Source: the human T2T-CHM13v2.0 reference genome, Homo sapiens
Strand: one strand, 5' to 3'
NCBI RefSeq assembly: GCF_009914755.1
Contig: NC_060936.1
Length of the DNA stretch: 64,000 nt
Of this stretch, positions 1-15,678 are shown one piece after another. A model generated the notes under the pieces. That model had not been told where the DNA came from. It was given only the letters and a program-made list of their open reading frames with translations, and did no database searches. The number at the start of each line of letters is the position of its first letter. The stretch's first letter is position 1. Both the position numbers and the translations under genes were made by a program.

Positions 1-792
1 ATAGTCATGGTTTTCCTTTAGAGGATTTCACATCTTCAACCATGTGATTTGGGTGTGATGAGCTCTTCTTCCCAACCATTGCTAAGTTAATTAGTGCACT
101 GACCACAGTGGCTGGTTCAGGGATGGGCACTTGATCCATTTTAAGTGAGTGAGAGAATGTGAGTCTCAGGACTTTTATAGCAGCTACTAGTATGAAGATG
201 TAAGGTGTGAATTGCTATAGCCATGCCATGACTGTTATGGGAAAATCTGGAGCTGTTGGAAGACCACTATATGAAACATGATGATGCCATGAAAGGCAGA
301 GAGAGAAGGGGGGGAACTGACTTCATGGTAACGTTGTATGAACTTTTGGATCAAGCCTTATTTACTTTTTACTTTTTTTTTTTGAGATAGGGTCTTACTC
401 TGTTGCCCAGTCTGGACTGCAGTGGTGTGATTACAGTCACTGCAGCCTTGACCTCAAAGGCTCAAGTGATCCTCCCTCCTCAGCCTCCTGAGTAGCTGGG
501 GCCACAGATGCATGTCACTGTGCCCAGCTAATTAAAATTTTTTTTGTAGAGACGGGGTCTCGCTATGTTGCTCAGGCTGGTCTCAAACTCCTGGGCTCAA
601 GCAATCTGTCTACCTTGGCCTCCCAAATTGCTGGGATTATTGGCATGACCACCACGCCTGGCCTCAAGCCTTATTTAAAGCCACCTCTTCCTCTGGACTT
701 CACAGTAAATTGAGCCAATAAATTCTCCATATTGTTTAAACCAGTTGAATTGGAGATTGGTTTACTGCAACCTAAAGATTCCTAACTGATAC
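1..792 (+). mobile_element. Old MaLR LTR (MLT1J/K-like), interrupted by an AluJ
   Basis: MLT1-type 3' end 'tgagccaataaattctcc...tgcaacctaaagattcctaactgataca'. The 5' boundary is approximate. Confidence 0.65.
373..663 (-). mobile_element. AluJ
   Basis: Poly-T followed by reverse Alu consensus, ending in cctggcc. Confidence 0.9.
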
Positions 793-1064
793 AGAAATGA
801 GTTCCATAAGGTGTTTCAAGAGACAGGCCCTAAAAATGGGATTGTCCAACCAAAGAAGTAAGATGAAGGATAAAGAACCCCTACATTTTCGGCTGAGAAA
901 TTGGCCATCTAATTAGCTATACAGTTTCCTGTTGTGACTTGGGGTGCAGATTACACAATCTGCGGCTGTAGCGGTACACTACTTAGTAGAAAAATGTAGA
1001 GTGTTGGATTGGGTTGGCTCCTTCTTGTTAATATTAATAAAGTACTGTAAAAAGGTAAGTTGCT

Positions 1065-1389
<325 letters not shown>

Positions 1390-1453
1390 TTACCCCAAAA
1401 CAGAGAAGGAAGAAAATACAGCTTTGATAAGAGAAGCCCTTTCTGCCTACGGT

Positions 1454-1484
<31 letters not shown>

Positions 1485-1532
1485 TGAGAGGACTAGAAAG
1501 CCCTGAAAACTTTGTCCCAAGGTATGTTAGTA

Positions 1533-1611
1533 TTAGGTTAGTGCAAAAGTAATTGCGTTTTTTGCCATCGAAAAGAATTGCAAAACTGCAATTACTTTTG
1601 CACTAACCTAA
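1533..1611. mobile_element. MADE1 (Hsmar1-derived MITE, miR-548-type palindrome)
   Basis: ttaggttagtgcaaaagtaattgc...gcaattacttttgcactaacctaa; ~80 bp with perfect terminal inverted repeats and TA on the left flank. Confidence 0.93.
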
Positions 1612-1644
1612 TGTGAACAGAAACAGGGATGGGGGATTGCATTG

Positions 1645-2330
1645 TATGGGATATGGGATATGAGATATGGGATATGGGATACAAGATATGGGATATGGGA
1701 TATGGAACATGGGACATGGGACATGGGATATGGATATGGTCTATGGGATATGAATATGGGCTATGGGACATGGATATGAGGTATGGGATATGGATATAGG
1801 CTATGGGATATGGATGTGGGATATGGATATGGGATGTGGGATATGGATATGGGATATGGGATGTGGATGTGGGATATGGATATGGGATATGGGCTATGCC
1901 ATATGGGATATGGATGTGGGATATGGGATATGGATGTGGAATATGGATATGGGCTATGGGCTATGGATGTGGGATATGGATATGGGCTATGGGCTACGGA
2001 TGTGGGATATGGGATATGGAATATGGGATATGGATGTGGGATATGGGATATGGGATATTGATGTGGGATATGGATGTGGGATATGGATATGGGCTATGGG
2101 CTATGGATGTGGGATATGGATATGGGATATGGATATGGGCTATGGATGTGGGATATGGGATATGGAATATGGGACATGGGATATGGGCTGTGGGATATGA
2201 GATATGGGGTATGGATGTGGGATATGGGATATGAGATATGGGCTATGGATGTGGGATATGGGCTATGGACTATGGGATATGGATGTGGGCTATAGGATAT
2301 GGAATATGGGATATAGGATATGGGATATGG
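1645..2330 (+). repeat. (GGGATAT)n minisatellite with GGATAT/GGATGT/GGGCTAT variants
   Basis: About 100 tandem 6-7 bp units, directly visible. Confidence 0.97.
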
Positions 2331-2619
2331 TTGATGGCTTATCCCTAGCCCTTTCCCAAGCACCTCCTGCTTTTTATTCCTCCTAAAACAAAGGTGACCA
2401 TAACTTCCATGACAGATGTAAGTGGGACACAGCCTATTGGCAACGACCAGATTTAGAGTGCCTCCCAGGCAGTTTCTTCAAGTTGTTCAAAGGTACAGTT
2501 TGAGACTAAACGTAAGGCTGGGTATTTGGGAAGAGAACTAAGACCTATTTGCTTAGTGAAAGAAATACCCAGGCCAGACTCCAGACTCAAAGACTAGTCT
2601 CACAAAGAGCTCTGGTTTT

Positions 2620-2925
<306 letters not shown>

Positions 2926-3096
2926 CTAGCTCATAGAATCAACCAGAAGCAAATAAACTTGAAGCCCACAAAGAAACTTCAAGCTCAGATGACAATGGCT
3001 AGAGACTTCAACTCCTAACATAATTCTCAGGTCCCAAAGCACAACGAATTTGTCTTCACAGAACCACTGCTTTAATGTCTTCTGTGAACATTAAAA

Positions 3097-3605
<509 letters not shown>

Positions 3606-4355
3606 TAGTATTAAATTCTTTAGGGATGATCAGCAGGACTCATTTTGTCCTGATAGTATCTGTGCACTGTGTAGGGCCCAGACTGAGAGCTCAGCACAGC
3701 CTTGTCTATTAGACCTGAAAAGCATGGGTTTCTGGAACCAAGGTGGTTTTGGGAAGTAAGCAGACTATGATTCCAGGAACTGATTTGCCCTGAGTCCCTG
3801 CTCCCTTACTTCTTGATCATGTTTAATTCTGCCTTGGCTCTATTAGGATTGCTTTGTCCAGACACTGACCTGGCAGTGAGTGTGCCTGGGATCCTCTGTC
3901 AGTGTCCCTTGTATAGTCAGAGAGTTCTGGACACATCTGTGGGAGGTAGAGAATGTGACAAACCCTGGGGAGAGTGTTTACTAAGCTTTTCCATGTTTAT
4001 TTTCTTTCCTCCATCTCACCTTAGGACAGGGAGTATTCTGAAAGCCTTAGTGAAGCAGTGACACTTTTCTGGCACCTTGAATGACTCATATGTCTCAGTG
4101 CCACACACCCTCCATTGAAGGCCTTGGGATTGTCAAGGTCAGGATATTTAAAGTCACATTCTTGGGAGTGATCTGGACATTGCCAGGTCAGCTCAGGATG
4201 AGGGAGGTGCCCAGAGACAGCTGTCAGTGTCAGTGCCCATAGTTTATGGTGAGTCTAATAGTAAATGCCAGTTATAGGTATGGTCTTATCATTGTTTAGT
4301 TATAGCTGGTGATGGCCAAGTGACTATGGGTTTCTTTCCATTCATTCTCCTAAAC

Positions 4356-4738
<383 letters not shown>

Positions 4739-6514
4739 TGAATCTTATGTTTACTGAGATCTCCTAAACATTTAATTCAGCACCTACTATATGCAAAACG
4801 CCAGGGAGAATACAAAGATGTGTAGACATAACTGTACCCCAGATGAACTCACAGACTAGAAAGCAACTTGGTGGCCCTGCAGAGAGACTCAGGAGCGATA
4901 ATCATACTCACAGGTAGGGTATTATAAGCTCACTAAAGAAGAGCTTCCAACCTGCACTGGTGGAGATAATGGTGAGGCATAGGGATATCTTCTGAAAGCA
5001 AGGTCCTGAGCTGAATATACAAATTTAAGCAGAAGTTATCCAGAACAACTGCTGTTTCTGGTCAAGATGCAATAACAGGGATGGACTTTACCCTCCTTCC
5101 TGGAGCAATTAAAATGTTGTATAAAATATATGAAGCAATGGTTTTGGATATCAGACAGCACAGGACAGTGATCCCTGAGAGAGGGAAAACAAGTGAACTG
5201 AGCTGTACATTTGCTCCATCCTACTGCCTTGAGAGAGTTTCCAGGCTGCTGTGCAAAGAGGAGCAACCCAGGCAGAGTCCAGTAGTCTCTCTGAGCTGAG
5301 GAGATGCAACAGGGAATTCAGAGAGGCCAAGGCAGCTATAGTTTTAAGGGCAGTGTACCAGACAGGAGAGAGCTACAGAGAGATGAAGGAAGAGAATAAG
5401 GGTGGGGGGCAGGAGGTGGGAGGAGAGAGAGAGCGAGAGAGAGATGCAGAAATCTGCAGAGGGTCCCATTGAGTCTTCAGCTGAGTATTGATCAGAGCAT
5501 GTATGTGAGGAAAGTATCTGAGTCTAGGGAAACAACCACACAAAAGGAGCAGAGGAAATAATCCCTGGAGTGTATGTTCTCACCAGCCAGTTGAAAAACC
5601 TCATAAATCACAAGACATCAGACAGAGTACTCAGAAGGGTATTATCTCAGTAGTGGGGCAAAGTTAGTACTAAACTAGTGGATATTATGGTCCTAACTAA
5701 CAAAGTTTAAACACAATCAAACTTGAAAAGATCTGTTTCCAAATAACTGTGTCTCAGAACAAAGTTCAAGAGTATTTACAGAAATATAAAAATATGCAAC
5801 ACCCAACAAGGTAAAATTCACAATGTATACTATCCAGTCAAAAATTATTGGATACAGGCATACAAATAATGAGGAAAATATGACCAATAACAAGGAAAAT
5901 AAACTAATCAATAGAAACAGACCCAGAAATGACATAGATGTTAGAAAAAGAACATTAGTAGACAAGGACATTAAAACAGTTATTACATGTTTAAGAAAAT
6001 AAAAGAAAGATTAAGTATGCTAAATAAAGGCATGGAAGATATTAAAAAGATCCAAATTAAACTTCTAGCAATGAAAAATATAATGTGAAATAAAAAATAT
6101 ACTGGATGAAATCAGTAGCAGAGTAAACACTGCAGAGGCAAAAACAAATGAACCTGAAGCTATAGTCATAGAGACTATCCAAACAGAAACACAGAGAAGA
6201 AATATTGAGGAAAACAAAAAAGAGCAGAGCACTTCAAGTGGCCTAGTATTTGTGTAATTGGAGTCCCAGGAAAAAGAGGAGAGTAGAAAAATACTTGAAG
6301 ACATAATGGCCAAATATATTCCAAATTTGATGAAAACTGTAAGTCCACAAATCCAAGAAGCTCAATGAACCCCTAGCACAAAAAACTGGAGAACTACACA
6401 AAGACACATCATAACCAAACTGTTTAAAACCAGTGTGAAACAGAATTTCTTACAAGCAGCTAGAGGAAAACAGGATACACTATGTACAAGGGTAGAACAT
6501 TAAAAATGACAGCA

Positions 6515-7740
<1,226 letters not shown>

Positions 7741-7939
7741 CAGACTTCTTTTTGAAAACAACGAAAGCCAGAAGGCAATGGAGTAACATCTTTTGAATAC
7801 TGAAGGAAAAAAAATTGTCATCCTAGAATTCTATACCCAACAAGAGTAGCTTTCAAAAATGAAAGGGAAATAAAAACTTTTTCAGACATTTAAAATATCA
7901 AGGATCACCAGAAGACTTGCATTATAAAAAACAGTGACA

Positions 7940-8265
<326 letters not shown>

Positions 8266-9459
8266 TTATACTAGATAGAAATCTGAATCTATACACAGCA
8301 ATTTAAGAGCACTGGAAATGGGGAATTCTATCTAATAAATGAATAAGTAATGACAGAACAGAGTAACAAAATTTTGTATGCTCTCATGAATTAATGAATA
8401 TAGGCAACGATCAACAATGACTGACAATGTGACAAAAAGAGCGGCAGCCAGGTGTTATATACCACCCATGTGAAGTAATATTGTCAAAAAATAAGAACAA
8501 AAAGAGATAATAATAACCAAACCTGACCCTGGCCACTGGATCTAACTATCAATTTACTGGCTTTACAACAGACAGAGAAACATGTTAAATGATATCACTG
8601 TGTTTTAATTTTTTTTAAAAATCCAGATTTGGGAAATTCTGTAAGATAAACAATCAGATTTTTTTTTCATTAAAAAAAGTGCAAGGGGAGAGAGAGAGAT
8701 TTACAAAGAGAGAGAACTATAAACAAGAGACTTCGGAGACATATCAATTAATCACAATATATAGATCTTGTTTAGATTCCTACTTCAAACAAACATACTA
8801 AAAAAGGAAAAAGAATTAAAAATCATTCAGGGAAATGTGAACACTGGCAGGTATTTTATAACATTAAAGAATTATTGAAGAAAAGAGAGTTACCTATCCC
8901 AATAGAGGAGGAAGCTCGCTTCAAGGGGTGGGGACAGCATAGGCAAAGCCATCCTCTTTAGTGAGGGGCGACAGTTTAGTAGTTACAGGAGAAAGGACAG
9001 CTGCTGCAGAAACATCCTCTTACTTTCCCTCTGGGCTAGAGCTGGCTGTGGTGCTCTGATTTCTGAGAAAGGAAAATGCAGCATATTGACATGGAGACTA
9101 TTTCTGTCCACCTCTTCTGGCCTCCCTGGGTGTAGCAGGCACCTAAGGGCAGGGGAGAAGTGTTACTGAGGGTTTTCAAGGCCACTCTCAGCAACAAGGG
9201 AAAAGGACCTGGTGGTTTGGGTGGAACAGAGGCTTTGAGTACACTGATCTCATCCCACTCTCCCAGCTCTGCCCTGGCATTAGAAGACAAGGAAGGAGGA
9301 GAGGTGTAGCACAAAGAACAGGAAAGTATGGAGGGAAGTGAAGAGAAGAAGGGAGGAGGAGAACAGGGAAGAGAAGGAGGGGCTGAAGTTAGAGCTCAGG
9401 ATGTGTTCAGTTGTTTTAAAGTAGCAACTGACTTAGGGCCCCTAAACAGTAGGTAGAAG

Positions 9460-9810
<351 letters not shown>

Positions 9811-10009
9811 TCAGTTCAGAGGCAAAGTAGGGGTGTCAGGAGGGATAAGGGGGATCCTCTGGCTGCAGAAATTGAAGAGTTTGCTCAGGGTCAACAGGAC
9901 AAGCCAGGGGACCTGACCCCGTGTATCCACGGTCACCCGTGGTGAACGATGTATGCCATGGTACCTTTGTTCTGTGGTTTCCTGTTGTACCAAGATGCCC
10001 AGTGAGAAA

Positions 10010-10265
10010 TAATAATAATCTTATTAGTTAACATTATTGAGTACTTACTATGCCAAGCCCTATTCCAAGTGTTTCCATATTAACTCTTTTCATCTTGTCA
10101 AGAACCCTTTGAGGAAGGTACAATTATTATTAAACCCATCTAATAAATGAGGTAACTGAGCCCAGAGAGGTTAAGTAACTTTCTTAAGGTCACACAGGTA
10201 TTAAGTGGCCCAGATGTAACTGAACCTAAGAAAAGTCTAGTTCCAGAGCACATGCTCTTCACAAC
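10010..10265 (-). mobile_element. MIR
   Basis: MIR core 'atgaggtaactgagcccagagaggttaagtaactt...aaggtcacacag'. Confidence 0.85.
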
Positions 10266-13200
10266 TACCCAGAATGGTAGTGGTGACCTGGGCCAAGCCT
10301 AGTGTGACCTCAGCCCCCTCCCTCAGACAGAGCTTTAGAAAGGCTCCACGTTCTTCCCCCAGAGAAGTTGGGGCCCAGGGCTAGAATTAAGTCTTCCCGG
10401 TGTTCTAGAAGAGACTTTGGAACAGCACTAGAAAAGCCACCCTGAGCATGAAAGGCTGGTAGGGCCTCCAGGCTGGGGGAGAGTTTGCCAAAAACAACAG
10501 CGTGCCTGCCCTAAACTGTTCTGAGGTTGCACAGCCTGGATGTCAGGCTGGCTGGTCCATGATTCTTATCAGCTCTCCACAGAGCAAGCGCTAGAGTCTG
10601 CAGCATTCCCATCTCGGCATATTCCATACTCCGAGGGCCCGGGGAAGGCACTGTCCCAGGCAGCACTCTTGGTGGGAGGCGGGGAGCTCGGGAAGGTCCG
10701 TATGTGAATCCCAGCCTGGCTCTTGGTGGGCAGCTGGGTCCCCTCCCCAGGTTCTGGCAGAACACCCTTGAACAATTTAGCCTGAAATAGCATAAGAACT
10801 TCTTTCCTATTTTTTTCCAGGCTTTTGGATGAAATTATATTTTACAAATGACTCATTATTATATTTATAGCTTCTCTCCAAATGATTCAAATTGTGGTTT
10901 GTCGCCTCCCTGTCTCTCAGCTCCCCCCAGCTCGACAGGAAAAAGTGCTGTTTACTGTATGGCCAGGTGTGGCTGCAAGAGCGGCTTTGCCTCTCCCTGT
11001 AATTACGTTTGCCTAAGCCCTGACAAGCACCCCGGCACATTTAGTCATGAGCAGCCTTTGTTCCAGCATGTTGTCGGGAGGCAGCATCCGACATTAACTG
11101 GGCTTGGAATCTGCTCCTGTAGGAAGTGCATGTGTGTGGTGCGGGGTGCGGGGAGTAGGGATCGTGGGGGAGGCTGTGACAGAGGGTGCCTTTGTGAGGG
11201 CAGAGGCTGGAGAGGCTGGGCTGCAGCTTCTCCCTCAAAGCACCCTGTGAGAAGGCTGGGATGGGCTACGCCCCGGAGGGCCTCAGAAGAAACATTATTC
11301 CTCTCCACCCCCAGCCTCCATGGAGGAACTGAGAGGGCCACTGGTGGAGAAGCTGGTGGCTCATACATTCCAGGCTGTGCTAGCGGTTCGGCCAGTGACA
11401 CTCCAAGGTTTCTTGTGAGGAACCACTCTGGCTCTTTCAAGAATGGGGAGTTCTTGAATTCTCTCCCGCTTTCCAGGGAGCTCTCAGCCACAGTGATTGC
11501 TCAGCACCCCTACCCCTGCCCTCCACCCAGCTCCCAGGAAGGTGTGGTAAGGTTACAGTAGCTTGCTTTTAAACAGGCCACCTTTGAGAGGAGGGGTGGA
11601 GAGGAGGTTGGGATGAGGCCCCATTTGTAGAAACAGTTTATTCCATTGGTCGTCCACGGAATCAAGGTCCTCTGGGTCTGCCCTGGCTGGGTAAAGTTAA
11701 AATCCCATAAATTTTGCAACTCATGGTGACATTCTCAGAGCCCGCAAAAACCCTCTGCCCCTCTGGGTCCTTGGACCTGGGGTGTGGTGATACGCAGACA
11801 CCCCTGGCTGGCTTGGATTGAAGGCTGTGGGGCCGAAGCAAGGACAGGCCACCCTGAGTGTCCTGAGGCCCAGAGGGAAGCAGGGAAACAGGCTACCCTA
11901 TGAGAGAACGGCTTTGCGGGAAATCTCTCCGTTCCCCTCCCTTGGCTTTAAGTGAAAAGCGAGCTCCTGTAGGTTGCAGATTCTGCAGCTGTGGTGTGGC
12001 AGCGGCTTGGGAGGCTGGGCTGGATAAGGCGGAGCCTGAAGTTGTCCATGGTCCAAGCCCTGGGCCCTGGTCGTGTCCCCAGACACAACCCCAGCCTGGG
12101 TTCTTTGAGTCTGCTTCCATTTTCACTTCTTGGCACTGCCTGTGTGAGTGGGAAGGGGACTCGGAAGGAGGTGATGTGGGAATGGGTGTGGACAAGCATA
12201 ACGTCACTGTTGGTGAAATCAGTCTGAAGCCCTAACCAGATGACTTCCATCTGGGCTGAGCTGGGTCACTGTGAGGTGTGTGAGACGGGCCTGAGTGTGG
12301 CTGGGGCCAGAGATGTGGAGTACAGGGACCTGTGCCTCTGGGCATTCCCTGGAGGTGGGAAGGGACAGCTGAGAGAAGGACAGGAGAGGGTCCTGGTGAG
12401 GCAGGGGAGGCCAGAGGGAGGAAGAGTGTGGACTCACCTGGGCTGTGGGGACCTGAACTTCTTCCTAAGGCCTGAGGGAAAGAGAGACTTCCTGACAAGA
12501 AGTGCTGCCTCTTACTTCCCAAGGGACCAGAGCCAGGGCAGCGGGACCAGCTGGCAGCCAGACTGAGGGGCAGCCAATGCCACCATCTGAAGCCACTATC
12601 AGGCCACCGTCTTTTATGAGACTGTAGTCTTGTATCTACCCTACTCATGCTGTCACCTTTTCATTTGTCTTTTGACAGTCAACATGCCCGAGTGCTGTGA
12701 ACGTTATGAGAGGGCCTTGTTGGGAACACGTGCTCCTGGGAATCAGCCCTTCCCTCTGTCCTGTTCCCACTCCTCCCCGACGATGCTCCTGCTCAGAACC
12801 CACTCCTCACCTCAGTGAAGCAACGCAGCGGGCACCCTGTGGACAAAGCTGGATATTGGCTCTGAATAAAAGCGAATCATGGGGAAAATCAGTGTCTCAG
12901 TAAAATGGGGTTTTCTTAGTAGAGACCAGACTGTGAAGGACCTTGCTTCATTCCATCTTTGAGGAGGATGATGATTCAGGGACATTGGCCCAAGATCAAA
13001 GTGGTATTTTTAGGTTGTATTTACTTAGCTATTTGCCGTCTACCTCCTTATTTCCAGGTAGCAACTTCCTTCTTATATCTGAGATGTTTAAGAGATGATG
13101 AAACCAGCTTGCACACACTTCTCAAAGTGTGTTTGTTCGCATCCATTATTTCACTGGGGACCGGCTATTATCCTCTCCATTTTCTTTATAAGGATATTGA

Positions 13201-13497
13201 AAGAGAGATTAAATAACTTGTTCAAGGCCGCATAGCTAGTTAACAGCTGAACTAGGCTTAAAACCAACGTCTGAAGGCTCCTATTCCAGTGGCAGCTGCT
13301 GTGTGCTTCTTCTGTTTTCCATCAGTTTGGAAGGGAGCATAAAGTCTACAGCCACATGGGTGGGGTCAGCAGAAAGATTGACCACCAAGCCTGAGGCAGG
13401 TGAGGCTGATCTCCTGGGCACAGCCTCTCTGCACAGGAGTTCACAGAAGTGATATGATCCAAAGTTGCTGAGGGAAAAGCCCTTATTTGTGGAATTA

Positions 13498-13925
<428 letters not shown>

Positions 13926-15367
13926 TTAAGTGTACAGTTTAGTGACATGAAGTACATTCACACTATTGTGCAACCATGATCATTTTCCATCTTTTTTATC
14001 TTCCCAAACTGAAACTCCACACCCACTAAACAATAACTCCCCTTTCTCCCCTCTCCCCAGCTCCTGGTAACCACTATTCTACTTTCTGTCTCTGGGAATT
14101 TGGCTACTCTAGGTACCTTATGTAAGGGGAAGCATACAATATTTTGTGCTTTTGTATCTGATTCATGCTGACTTATTTTTAATTAGATCACCATTTCGAC
14201 TGCAGCAGGAATGCTGATCAGTGATGTGCCATGCCTATAGAGGAGTAAAGAAAAGAAAAAGGAAAGAAAGAGCAAAAAGGAAAAAGAAAACAGGAACATT
14301 TTGGGGTGGATTTCTTGACTGTCAGGGGTACCAGATGTAAGGGGGCGGTGGTGGCGGGTGGATAGGAAGAAAGTGTTACATAGAAAACAAAATGCTGTGC
14401 TTTATCATTCCAGGGGCGGGCTGGCATCTATCCTGGAGGTAGATGCCTCTGTTTTGAGGATTATGCTATGATGAACCCTGATAGGGAAGCGCTCTGGTGA
14501 GAACAATGAGACTTTCTGGGCATGCGGAAGGCAAGACAAATTGTTTTGCAAGATGAATCCCCAGGAACTTGGAATTTGGGTAGAAGGGTCTAGAAGAGAA
14601 GGGGAAGGCTGGAGAGAAGATGGTTTAAGTTGGGACTTAGGGAACAGTGAGAAGTTTTCTGAGGTGGGAGATGGTTGGTGAACTTTCAGGGTAATGTCTA
14701 TTCGTAGATTCTCATTTGCTTACTGTCATTTCCTCTCTATGACCCCTAACCTTGAGTAAAAGTCTGCTGCCGTGTGAGTTGGGCGTGGCTGGGGCAATGC
14801 AGGGACGGGGCTAAGCAAAGGGTGATAAAGAGCGGGTGGGAGAGGAGAGCAGCTGTGGGAGTTGAGGTGCAGATAGAGGGTGAGAGGTGGGAAGCAGGGA
14901 ATCCCAGCCAGAGGTCATCAGAGGAATCACAAACCGTCTGAGCATCTTGGCACCCAGAAGGTGGGGGGTTGTGACAAGATTTGAGAGAACTGCAAGCTTG
15001 CGGGGACACAATGATGGAGTCCCTACTCTTAGGGGAATGGGGCTGGGGTCACTGCTTGGATATGACAGGGCAGGCACGCCAGTTAGACAGCCTGAAGGAA
15101 GGAGTGGATGGATTTCTCTTCTTGGAGACCTTTGGCAACACTTGGACAAGGCACAGCCTGGGTAATGAGGAAGTCCCTGCAACACAGCTCAGTGCCTCCA
15201 AGATTTCCAGATACACAGAGAAGAGGACTGTGTTTCTCAAAACAGAGATGGAGGTAGAGCCAAAGCCAAGCCCAGAACATGTCTCGAGCTTTCAAAACAC
15301 CTTCTCTTTAAAATCATCTGAAAGCAGAGATATATGGCAGTTGACTATCTCTGATGGAGACATATAC

Positions 15368-15678
<311 letters not shown>

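Noticed and set aside
1453-1480. Isolated A27 tract as a retrocopy tail
   Set aside because: No upstream polyA signal, recognisable mRNA or TSD; a simple homopolymer expansion.
1763-2386. Long WDMGYGI-repeat ORFs resembling Gly/Tyr-rich keratin-associated proteins
   Set aside because: Artefact of a stop-free 7-nt tandem repeat; open in all frames with no promoter, unique termini or polyA.
10848-11561. Longest ORF in the window (237 aa, plus strand)
   Set aside because: No recognisable domain; Cys/Gly/Pro/Ser composition typical of GC-rich non-coding DNA; overlapped by antisense ORFs.
12255-12300. TCACAGTGA (miR-128-like start) on the minus strand
   Set aside because: Only a 9 nt match and no supporting pre-miRNA hairpin.
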